From Luteolibacter sp. (GTDB lineage: Bacteria > Verrucomicrobiota > Verrucomicrobiia > Verrucomicrobiales > Akkermansiaceae): DNA of 64,000 nt. Both the position numbers and the translations under genes were made by a program. The stretch is from positions 396-64,395 of the forward strand of contig JBLRWN010000009.1 of NCBI GenBank assembly GCA_047921195.1, read 5' to 3'. Position 1 is the first letter of the stretch; the number at the start of each line of letters is the position of its first letter. The notes beneath the pieces are model-generated. The model was given only the letters and a program-made list of their open reading frames with translations, searched no databases and was not told where the DNA came from. Positions 56,069-64,000 of this stretch are shown here, piece by piece.

Positions 56069-57129
56069 GCGCACGCGACCGCATCCTCGAAATGGTAACC
56101 GCTTGGCAGGCCGTGACCCCCAAGCCTGAGGACGCTGCGGAACTCGCCCGCATTCTGGATCAGCTTCGTTTTCTCGACCGCGTCAAGTTCACCCCCTATG
56201 TGCCCACTCTATACTCGAGCCACCCCGCATCTTTCGAGGAACGCTTCCATGGCTGGCTCAAGAACCCGAACCTTTCCTCGGAGCAGAGCCGCGATCTTTT
56301 CGAATTCGCTCATCGCATCGCCTTTTTCTCCTTCGATGACTTCACAGCCATGTTTCAGAACGCATTCCACGGCCCGATCAGCCGCTGGTGCATTACTAAA
56401 GCGGGCATCCGACTCGATCAAGCCAACTGGCAAGCACGACTCCGGGAGGCACGCTTTCAGCAGACTTGGTTTTGCCCGGTCACCGACAGCCTTCTCATCA
56501 GCGTCTTTCACCACGTCAACGGCATTGAGGGCAAGGACCGCAAACCGACCTTCCGCGAACTGATGCACTTCGGCGACGAAACCGAAGATCGTAACACCAA
56601 CAAAATCCACAAACACATCCGCAACAAAGGATACAAACGCATAGTCCTTCTCGAAGACTTCGTCGGCACCGGCGGTCAATCCCTGGAATCGGTCGATTGG
56701 GCAATCAGAAATCTTGGGCTACCAGTTCTCTTCTGCCCGATGATCATCGCACCCGAGGGCGCAGCAAAGTATCGCGATCTGAAGAATACGCTTGACCGAG
56801 AAAGAGCCAATAATCCTGACCTGCCCGAATTCGAATTTACGCCTGTCATAGAATTGGGCCACGATTGTTTCTGCCATAACACTGAAACCACACCAGACGC
56901 ATTATTCGACCGAATCCGCCAACTCGCCGAGGAGGTCCACAACCGATTGACCGAATCTCAGCAGCACTGCCGCGAAGGAGCGCTTGGTTGGTGGAACGCC
57001 GATTCCCCGCAAAAGGGAGCCGCAGTCGTCATGTTTTCTAACACGCCGAACAACTCTCTGCCACTCCTCCATCACGGCTCCGTCGAATGGAGCCCGCTCT
57101 TCCCTCGCGTCGCCCGCCAACCGCTATGA
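56065..57129 (+). CDS. Phosphoribosyltransferase-like conflict protein (PRTase-CE-like)
   Basis: RIVLLEDFVGTGGQ PRPP-loop-like motif; VVMFSNTPNNSLPLL; WSPLFPR; ATGA overlap with the MTase stop. Confidence 0.7.
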   Translation: MSARDRILEMVTAWQAVTPKPEDAAELARILDQLRFLDRVKFTPYVPTLYSSHPASFEERFHGWLKNPNLSSEQSRDLFEFAHRIAFFSFDDFTAMFQNAFHGPISRWCITKAGIRLDQANWQARLREARFQQTWFCPVTDSLLISVFHHVNGIEGKDRKPTFRELMHFGDETEDRNTNKIHKHIRNKGYKRIVLLEDFVGTGGQSLESVDWAIRNLGLPVLFCPMIIAPEGAAKYRDLKNTLDRERANNPDLPEFEFTPVIELGHDCFCHNTETTPDALFDRIRQLAEEVHNRLTESQQHCREGALGWWNADSPQKGAAVVMFSNTPNNSLPLLHHGSVEWSPLFPRVARQPL

Positions 57130-59261
57130 ACGGGTATCTCCCAAATCCATTCACTGAAGCCTACGTGACCCACACGGTTTCGGACGAGCACTTCGTTCGG
57201 TTCTTCAGCCCGGTGCTCGTCGCGTCGGCGGGTGCCATTCTCCAACCCGGCAACGTTGTCATAAAAGGCACTCAGGGTTCGGGTAAGAGCATGCTTCTCC
57301 GCCTTTTAGATCCGGAGATCCGTATCGCCTATTACAACATCGATAGCCGGGAAGAAAACCCGGATACCCGATACCCAGTCTCGGCGGGTCTGCGAAACTT
57401 CGTCTCCACCCGGGTGGATCTCAACAAAAGTGGCCTGCTCGACATCGTCAATACTTTGCCCGATTCGCCTAGCTCTGATGACCTTGCGGACATGACCAAG
57501 TCCTTCGCCGACTTCTTCAACTATTGGCTAATGCGGGGGCTGCTTCTGGGTCTCGATAAAATTAGCACTAACCCTGTCCCCTTCGGTGGCCTAGTCGATA
57601 CTGTTAACAGGGATGCCTTCGCCGCTGCCCTCGCCTCCCAAGACTGCTGGAGTGGTGCTCTGCACGACGCACTCGACTGGGAGAGCCTTAAAGAAGGTGT
57701 CAAGAACCGGATCATCGACTACCGTGCCTGGGCCAACGGCAATCGTGATCTGCCCGCATCCCTCCGCCAATCCCGCACCATGATCGGCGAGCCACTCGCA
57801 CGTGCCGCAGAACTACTCAAGACTACAGGAGTGATTGACCCCGCGACCAACGTCTTCGCCACTATCGACCAGATCGAAGCCCTCTGGATGCGGGACGAAG
57901 GTAAACGCGGGCTGGGTGAGCGCCTCCGCCGCGAGCTTCATGAGGTGCTCGGGAAACGCGATGATCGTGTTTCCTACCGCATCGGGGCTCGCCGCTACGA
58001 CTGGGGCAAAGGCGGCTCCCTCGCCATGCGCGATGGGCGCGAGCTGGAGGAAGAAAGGGATTTCCAAATCTTCGACATCGACGCACTCTTAAGGCGCGGC
58101 GAAAACGCTAAAAACTGGACCTTCCGCCGCCTTGTCAAAGATGTCTTCCGCAGACGGGTTCAGACTACTTTTCAAGAACCCGCCCAAATACCAGAGAATT
58201 TGCATGAATTCGCCTCCTTCTTCGGCCCTTCGCCTACTCCCCAGGAAGTTGTAGCTGAGACCATCAAAAATCCCGATTTTCAAAAACTGATCAAACTCGA
58301 CAACGATTGGCCCGAGCCGTGGCGGGAAACTATCCTGCGCTGCTATCGCCGGGAAATCCAAGGCATTCCCACGCCGCCACCGGCGAACTACCCGTGCGAC
58401 CCGCTCAATGCACTACTGCTCTCTGCTTGGGGGCTTCAGACCGGCGGCAAAGGTAAGAACCCAGCCAAGACCCACCGCCGACAGCTTGAACCACCCCAAT
58501 CCGCCGCCGACGCACCTTTGAGCGCTGCCAAGAAATATTGGCGAAAGGAGCGCTATCCTCAGGCTGTCTTGCAGTTGATCTCCCGTCATCAGCAGAAGAT
58601 GCTGTGGTGGGGCGAGGCTAAGGTGCTTTCACTTTGCGGCAGCAACATACTTCGCTTCATCACCATCTGCCGCGTCACTTGGGACTATTGGCAACGACTT
58701 ACCGATGGCGAACCTTCCATTTCGTCGCGGAATGCCATCGTTCGCGCCGATATCCAGTCCCGCGCCATCTTCGAAGCCTCCCGCAAAGTCCACGAGGCTC
58801 TGATGCGCCAGCCCGGACAGCCCGCCGGAGATGTGCGCAGCCGTTTCCTCAATAAGATCGCCTCTTGGCTGCGCTCCCGCCTGATCGACGACATCGCTAT
58901 GTCCAACCCCGGACAAAACGGATTTTCCCTGCGCGTGAGCGACCTCGAAGCAGAGCCGGATCTCCGACAGCTCATCGAAGAGGCCGTCGGCTGGGGCGAT
59001 CTCTATGAGATCGACCATACTTCGAAAATCAAAACCGAGCGTTCCAGCGAACCACGAAAGAAATACTACATCAACCCAGCGCTATCCCCATTCTATGAAC
59101 TGCCGGAAGCCCATACGAAGGAGCCTGTGTATGCCACACTCGACGACATCTTGAAGCACGCCATCGATTGCGGAGCCATCAAGGCAACGTCCACGGCCGC
59201 CGCGTCCACGCCAGCCGAGGAGAACCCCAACCAGCCATGGCTGTTCCCCAAAGAACCGTGA
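57126..59261 (+). CDS. P-loop ATPase (ORC/CDC6-like conflict ATPase) with C-terminal wHTH-like region
   Basis: NVVIKGTQGSGKSMLLR Walker A; VFATIDQIE Walker B-like; YYINPALSPFYELP; ATGA overlap. Confidence 0.75.
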   Translation: MNGYLPNPFTEAYVTHTVSDEHFVRFFSPVLVASAGAILQPGNVVIKGTQGSGKSMLLRLLDPEIRIAYYNIDSREENPDTRYPVSAGLRNFVSTRVDLNKSGLLDIVNTLPDSPSSDDLADMTKSFADFFNYWLMRGLLLGLDKISTNPVPFGGLVDTVNRDAFAAALASQDCWSGALHDALDWESLKEGVKNRIIDYRAWANGNRDLPASLRQSRTMIGEPLARAAELLKTTGVIDPATNVFATIDQIEALWMRDEGKRGLGERLRRELHEVLGKRDDRVSYRIGARRYDWGKGGSLAMRDGRELEEERDFQIFDIDALLRRGENAKNWTFRRLVKDVFRRRVQTTFQEPAQIPENLHEFASFFGPSPTPQEVVAETIKNPDFQKLIKLDNDWPEPWRETILRCYRREIQGIPTPPPANYPCDPLNALLLSAWGLQTGGKGKNPAKTHRRQLEPPQSAADAPLSAAKKYWRKERYPQAVLQLISRHQQKMLWWGEAKVLSLCGSNILRFITICRVTWDYWQRLTDGEPSISSRNAIVRADIQSRAIFEASRKVHEALMRQPGQPAGDVRSRFLNKIASWLRSRLIDDIAMSNPGQNGFSLRVSDLEAEPDLRQLIEEAVGWGDLYEIDHTSKIKTERSSEPRKKYYINPALSPFYELPEAHTKEPVYATLDDILKHAIDCGAIKATSTAAASTPAEENPNQPWLFPKEP

Positions 59262-60277
59262 GCACGACTTACCAATTTCGCCCATGGGGCGAACTAACCT
59301 GGACTCTGGGACTTAGCGCACCACGCAACTGGAGGCTCCTCGGTTGCGTTGCCGCCGAAGAGCGCTCTGTCGCCGCCCTGCTTGCCCTCCACCAAATGCA
59401 GGCGCTAGAAAGGGTTGAAATGCTCCGCATCCTCGATCCCGAACCAACCGACGCAGCTGCTGAGGAATCGTTCATCCGACAGCGCCTCGACGCCTGTGCG
59501 GTCGCCGGGGTTCAATGCCAACCCGATACCACCACGCTCGACGCCCCGCTGCAAAACCCTGCATGGAGGAAACGATTGGCGTTTCCGCAGAACACCTCCT
59601 TGTGTCTTGACATCAGTTCCCTACCCAAACGTTTTTTCTTTCCCATCATCAAGGCCGCGCTCCTCTCTCCTAACGTGTGCGACTTTCTCATCCTCTACAC
59701 CAAGCCGCGCAATTACCCGGACGGCCCACTTGCCAGCAATCCCCGCGACTGGGCTACTCTCACAGGCTTTGGCTGCGAGGATCCTGATAACCAGATTGCC
59801 GCCGCCGCCCGTCTGATTGTCGGCGCGGGGTTTGCCGTGGACGGGTTGCATGACCACCTTGAGGGCCAAGGGAGTCGCATGGAGGTGGACGTCCTCATCC
59901 CTTTCCCTGCAGAGCCATGGACTTCCGTCCGCCGCTCTTGGGAATCCGCACGCACCATTGAGGAAGCCCTTGGAGCGGATCCTGATAATGAGCTCGCGGA
60001 GGTGAAACCCATCCACCATCGCATGGGTGCTCTTGATACATCCACCGCATTCGACCGCCTCCGTATTCTGACGCAGAACGGCACAAGTCACGCCGCGCTC
60101 GCCCCGCTTGGCCCCAAGCCTCTCTCCGTCGCCATGTGCCTCCTCGCCACCCAATCCGACCGCTTCCCCGTCTATTATGCCCAGCCCAGAACCTACGCCT
60201 TGGACTACTCCACCGGATGCGAGACGACCTACGCCTACTGGATCAAGCACCAAGGCAATAATTATTATAAAATATAG
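59258..60277 (+). CDS. Uncharacterised alpha/beta protein with two CARF-like Rossmann half-motifs
   Basis: CLDISSLPK and ALAPLGPKPLSVAMCLLA; YYAQPRTY; GTGA overlap with the ATPase stop; 339 aa. Confidence 0.55.
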   Translation: MSTTYQFRPWGELTWTLGLSAPRNWRLLGCVAAEERSVAALLALHQMQALERVEMLRILDPEPTDAAAEESFIRQRLDACAVAGVQCQPDTTTLDAPLQNPAWRKRLAFPQNTSLCLDISSLPKRFFFPIIKAALLSPNVCDFLILYTKPRNYPDGPLASNPRDWATLTGFGCEDPDNQIAAAARLIVGAGFAVDGLHDHLEGQGSRMEVDVLIPFPAEPWTSVRRSWESARTIEEALGADPDNELAEVKPIHHRMGALDTSTAFDRLRILTQNGTSHAALAPLGPKPLSVAMCLLATQSDRFPVYYAQPRTYALDYSTGCETTYAYWIKHQGNNYYKI

Positions 60278-60381
60278 ATTTATACACGGATATTATCTGT
60301 GTCTGGAATCATGCCGACTATCGAAAAAATCTCGATGCAATCTGCCTCATATTCAGTGATCTTGCCGAATAACTACTTAAG

Positions 60382-60753
60382 TTAATAATCCATCGTCATT
60401 CGGTAATGCATATGGATTTCATTGCGGCGGAGTGTCTCGCTTGCTGCCGGATTCTTTAAGCAATCATAGATCCCCGCCCATTGCGCATCGGAAGGATAGA
60501 GAGTCTCATCAGAGAGTTTCCCAGCTTCGGCACGGACCCATGCTTCATTCGCAAATAGCTTGAGGTTTTCAGGCCATGAACTGTCAGGGGAGTCATAATC
60601 ATCTGGGTGCAGGCCGGGGAAGGAGTAGGAAACTGCAAACCACGCTGCGAGGAATTCTGAAGGGCTAAGGTTTCTAAGTTCATGACGGGAGGCATCGCGA
60701 ATGCGATTTTGCGCGTCCATTAATGATTTTGGTATGAGGGAATCGTTTTGCAT
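60382..60753 (-). CDS. Hypothetical protein
   Basis: 123-aa ORF in an AT-rich gap, co-oriented with the REase. Confidence 0.5.
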   Translation of the reverse strand: MQNDSLIPKSLMDAQNRIRDASRHELRNLSPSEFLAAWFAVSYSFPGLHPDDYDSPDSSWPENLKLFANEAWVRAEAGKLSDETLYPSDAQWAGIYDCLKNPAASETLRRNEIHMHYRMTMDY

Positions 60754-60861
60754 GGAATTAGTGCTACCAGGCAGAATCCCGGTTGCCAGGAAAAAAATGA
60801 ATTTTTTTTCGGGTTGCTTCTCCCCTCATTATCAATTTGCGACATTGTTTATTCAGGCAAT

Positions 60862-62106
60862 TCAAAGTCTGTCGTTTGCCGCTGTCTGTTTATCACGCAC
60901 CATGGCAATGAAGGTCTCAAGATTCCAAAGGTAGGATTTTTCAGCCTGAGGATAGGAAACATGAATGGCCTCCGGGATCACAAGCTGAAGATGATGGGAG
61001 CGCATCTGTTCCAACTGGTCGGTTGAAATGGATGGTTGCAGCGTAACGAGGTGCTTATCCTTCACTCGGACGCTTTCTGCGAGCACTTGCCGCCACCGAT
61101 CCTTGCATGAGGTTTTCGCACCCAGCAAGGTCAGGAGTCCGTCAGGAAAAGTCTGATCTAAATAGTTTTTCTTACTCGGGAAAAGAAAATCGGGTTTGGC
61201 CTTTGCCTCAAGAGTCACGCCCCTCTCGAATGTGAGTCCGTGCTCACGGAAAATTTCGGCAAGATGGTTCTCAAACGCGAGTCCCGCTCGAGCTTTCCGG
61301 CGATTGTGCACGGACAATGAGTAGCTTACGAAGTCATCAACGTCCTCGAACTTTTGTTCGAGTCGTTTGTTTACGATATGCCGTTCGAGCACACGAAACG
61401 CGTATTCCTCACTCTCCATCCACGACATGATCGCTTCATCCGATCCATCCTGTGCTTTTACTTCAGAAACTTCCTTTCGGATGAAGTTTCCAAACTTTGC
61501 GGTGGTTGGGAAGTTTTCTCCAAAGAGTTCAAGTATTCGTTCCAGCAATGCATCATCCTTGACGATAATCTCGACGCCCGCTGCCTCAAGTATTCGTGCG
61601 CGTGTCATATCCACGATCTGAGCATCTTTAACAACTGCCGTGACAAATCCTTTTTCGCGTTCGGCGGTGATTCCAAAAAGCCATCTTAGCTGGTTTTCGC
61701 TTGTAGATCCCGCAGGTGCCGCAAAAACGGTTGCGGAGCTGATATCCGCCTTGAATGCGATGATCATCGAATCACCAGCACGAGCTCTGCCTTCCCTGCC
61801 GATTACCGCGTTGTCCGAATAATAAAGCCGCCATTCGGTCCGTGTCGGGTGGTTCGCGCGTGAATCATACCAACTCATGTTTCCCGCATCATCCACAATC
61901 TCTTCTTCATTGTCGGATAGATAAATGAACCGGGTGGGAATCCCATTACCCTCATTACCTTTCCGCGAAGTATCGCCAAGGATCTCACGTAATACAGGGG
62001 ATGAGTTGAATTCGTGCCCGTTCGATGCGTTGGGGTCCACTTCTACCGATGTTAGTTGCTTCCATGCAAAACACGAAAATACTTGTGAGAGTTGACCAAA
62101 GCTCAT
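60862..62106 (-). CDS. EcoRII-like type II restriction endonuclease
   Basis: RRKARAGLAFENHL, KPDFLFP, LGAKTSCKDRWRQVL matching the EcoRII catalytic domain. Confidence 0.85.
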   Translation of the reverse strand: MSFGQLSQVFSCFAWKQLTSVEVDPNASNGHEFNSSPVLREILGDTSRKGNEGNGIPTRFIYLSDNEEEIVDDAGNMSWYDSRANHPTRTEWRLYYSDNAVIGREGRARAGDSMIIAFKADISSATVFAAPAGSTSENQLRWLFGITAEREKGFVTAVVKDAQIVDMTRARILEAAGVEIIVKDDALLERILELFGENFPTTAKFGNFIRKEVSEVKAQDGSDEAIMSWMESEEYAFRVLERHIVNKRLEQKFEDVDDFVSYSLSVHNRRKARAGLAFENHLAEIFREHGLTFERGVTLEAKAKPDFLFPSKKNYLDQTFPDGLLTLLGAKTSCKDRWRQVLAESVRVKDKHLVTLQPSISTDQLEQMRSHHLQLVIPEAIHVSYPQAEKSYLWNLETFIAMVRDKQTAANDRL

Positions 62107-62112
62107 GAGATC

Positions 62113-63285
62113 TCAGTTTGATGGTTTACGTTTCTTGTTAGGATATTTTATGCTTTTTTGTGGCATTACTACAATTTTTTCAGATTCATCCGAGCGATCG
62201 TATAGAACCAGATCAGCCGCTGTACCAACAGGGCGATTTAGAGTGTTAATTACGGCAGCAGCTATACGCTCGACAACAGGCACAATTACCGAATTACCAA
62301 ACTGGCGGTAAGCTTGAGTGTCTGACACCTGGATCTTGAATGAGTCAGGATATCCCATGAGGCGCGCACATTCCCTAGGAGTAAGTCTTCTCGGGTTTTT
62401 ATTTCGTCCCTGGTCAATAAGAATCTCAGATCCATCTTTGTAATAGCGGGCACTGAGAGTTCGGGCGATATCCTTGCCATTAACAAGTCCAAATCCAAAG
62501 CCATTTCCTGCCGCTTTGTGCTTTGCAGCATAGTTCTGGAGATAATTCCAGAGGTGATCGTTAAGGGTATATTTTGGTTCCGGGTTTTTTTCGAGAATCG
62601 TTTCGAGTTTCGGGCCTTGTTCAGGAAAAACGGGGAATTCAAAGCTACGTGGTTCGCGAAATCCGACGATGAAAATGCGCTCACGATTTTGTGGCACGAC
62701 ACTCTTTCCGTTTATAATTCTTGTCTGGACGGTGTAGCCAAGATCCTTGGTAAGCGTTTCGTAAATGATTTTAAATGTGTTTCCTTTGTCGTGATTCTGT
62801 AGATTCTTAACGTTTTCCAACACAAATGCGGCTGGCCTGTGGTAATCGATGATATCGGCAATTGCAAAAAAGAGATTGCCTTGTTTCGCATCGTCGAAGC
62901 CATGGGCTCGTCCAAGGCTGTTTTTCTTTGATACTCCGGCAATGCTAAAGGGTTGGCAAGGAAAGCCGCCGCAGAGGATGTCGTGGGCAGGTATGTCGGC
63001 AACAGCAATGCTGTGGATGTCCCCATGGGGTTTCTCGCCGTAGTTTGCCTCGTAAGAAAGCTGACTGAACTTGTCGTAATCTGACGAAAACACGCATTTC
63101 GCTCCCTGTCTCTCGAAAGCGATTCGAAAGCCGCCAATGCCGCAGAACAGGTCGATGAAGCGATAATCTTTCGTCATGCCTTCCTCTCGTACCTCACTGG
63201 GGGTCTGTTTGGGGGGGGTGCGGGCAGATTTCGTCTTCGACTGGGTCTTACGAGCAACGGTTGGTGTCTTTTTCTTTGCTGGCAT
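62113..63285 (-). CDS. dcm: Dcm/M.EcoRII-like DNA (cytosine-5) methyltransferase
   Basis: [75 protein letters not shown]; start between 63177 and 63360. Confidence 0.9.
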   Translation of the reverse strand: MPAKKKTPTVARKTQSKTKSARTPPKQTPSEVREEGMTKDYRFIDLFCGIGGFRIAFERQGAKCVFSSDYDKFSQLSYEANYGEKPHGDIHSIAVADIPAHDILCGGFPCQPFSIAGVSKKNSLGRAHGFDDAKQGNLFFAIADIIDYHRPAAFVLENVKNLQNHDKGNTFKIIYETLTKDLGYTVQTRIINGKSVVPQNRERIFIVGFREPRSFEFPVFPEQGPKLETILEKNPEPKYTLNDHLWNYLQNYAAKHKAAGNGFGFGLVNGKDIARTLSARYYKDGSEILIDQGRNKNPRRLTPRECARLMGYPDSFKIQVSDTQAYRQFGNSVIVPVVERIAAAVINTLNRPVGTAADLVLYDRSDESEKIVVMPQKSIKYPNKKRKPSN

Positions 63286-63372
63286 CGGTGCGATTTTTGC
63301 AGAAGGAGACATACTGCCGACTGCCTTGTCGAGTGCGGGTGCAAATTTCCTCGTTTTCAAACTGCCTCCAAG

Positions 63373-63798
63373 TCATTTGCCAAGCAATCGCGGCAGCCGA
63401 TTTTCCAGCCATTCGGAGCTGCGTTTCGTCTTCACCGCGCATTCCCAGATCGTGACCACATGCCAGCCCGCGTCGCGCAGGGCAGTTTCATTGCGGAGGT
63501 CGCGGGCCTTATTGCCCTCGATCTTCTTGCGCCACCATGCGCGGCGGGTTTTCGGCAGGCGGTAGTGCGGGCAATGCACGTGGCCGTGCCAGAAGCAGCC
63601 GTGGACGAAGATGACGGTGCGGTATTTCGGCAGGACGAGGTCGGGCTTGCCAGGGAGCAAGCGATTCTTCGGGCCGTTGACGGTGAAGCGGTAGCCGAGG
63701 CGGTGGAGCATGGATCGCAGGGCCAGCTCCGGCTTCGTGTCGCGCCCGCGAATGCGCGACATGACCTCGGAGCGCTTTTCCGGGGTGAAGACGTCCAT
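63373..63798 (-). CDS. vsr: Very-short-patch repair endonuclease
   Basis: MDVFTPEKRSEVMSRIR.RDTKPE, LPGKPDLV, FVHGCFWHGH, N.ARD, WECA. Confidence 0.96.
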   Translation of the reverse strand: MDVFTPEKRSEVMSRIRGRDTKPELALRSMLHRLGYRFTVNGPKNRLLPGKPDLVLPKYRTVIFVHGCFWHGHVHCPHYRLPKTRRAWWRKKIEGNKARDLRNETALRDAGWHVVTIWECAVKTKRSSEWLENRLPRLLGK

Positions 63799-64000
63799 GG
63801 CGGAATAAAAGCTGAAAATCGGAAAAACGAAAATGCGGAAATCAGGCTTATGGTTCGAGATGCACCTGGCCAGGTATTCTTGTGAAATGGTGCGGCGGAA
63901 GGGTGGTCAATGCACGGCGGGAAGCTCTTGCTCATTGACTTCCCTTCCACGCTTACGACAGGAGTGTCGTAGTTCCTTTGAGGAGGCCCGGAGCGAGACG

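Larger units (their letters stand above)
44894..63850. mobile_element. tRNA-Lys-anchored genomic (defence) island, right boundary not seen
   Basis: Duplicated tRNA 3' ends; accessory cargo (WYL, TA, SLOG, AlbA, RhuM, HNH remnant, two C5 MTases, REase); patchy AT-rich segments; no integrase in window. Confidence 0.65.

Noticed and set aside
63920-64000. Promoter or ncRNA at the window end
   Set aside because: A ttgact hexamer is present but the -10 match is weak and the sequence is truncated; not supportable.

Overview
GC-rich bacterial DNA that looks like Verrucomicrobiota (PEP-CTERM protein, PVC-type heme-binding protein, SD-less C-rich leaders); the taxon is inferred, not searched. Bases 1-44.8 kb are mostly core and metabolic genes: 3' part of purL, a sulfatase/GH29 fucosidase/GH9-like/XylR-type glycan locus, RlmI- and RlmM-like methyltransferases, an ECF sigma module, folP, pgi, glgA, an MBL-nuclease/ATP-dependent DNA ligase fusion, a TPR lipoprotein with a Phd-RelE pair, thiL, rnhA, riboflavin synthase and an exported ClpP-like protein. 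From tRNA-Lys(UUU) at 44835-44907 to about 63.8 kb lies a defence-island-like region with no integrase in the window. It opens with an exact 202-bp tandem repeat built from sense and antisense copies of the tRNA 3' end. It then carries a WYL regulator, a 5.7-kb block bracketed by 75-bp inverted repeats (SLOG, HTH-PIN, AlbA-ATPase, four-helix bundle, RhuM, several internal repeats and gene fragments) and three internally deleted genes. It ends with a translationally coupled four-gene operon (C5 DNA methyltransferase, PRTase-like, P-loop ATPase, CARF-like Rossmann protein; no recognisable nuclease) facing a Vsr-Dcm-EcoRII-like restriction-modification operon. The best candidates for an undescribed system are that four-gene operon and the tRNA-mimic tandem element. 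All family assignments come from reading motifs by eye; no database searches were run.
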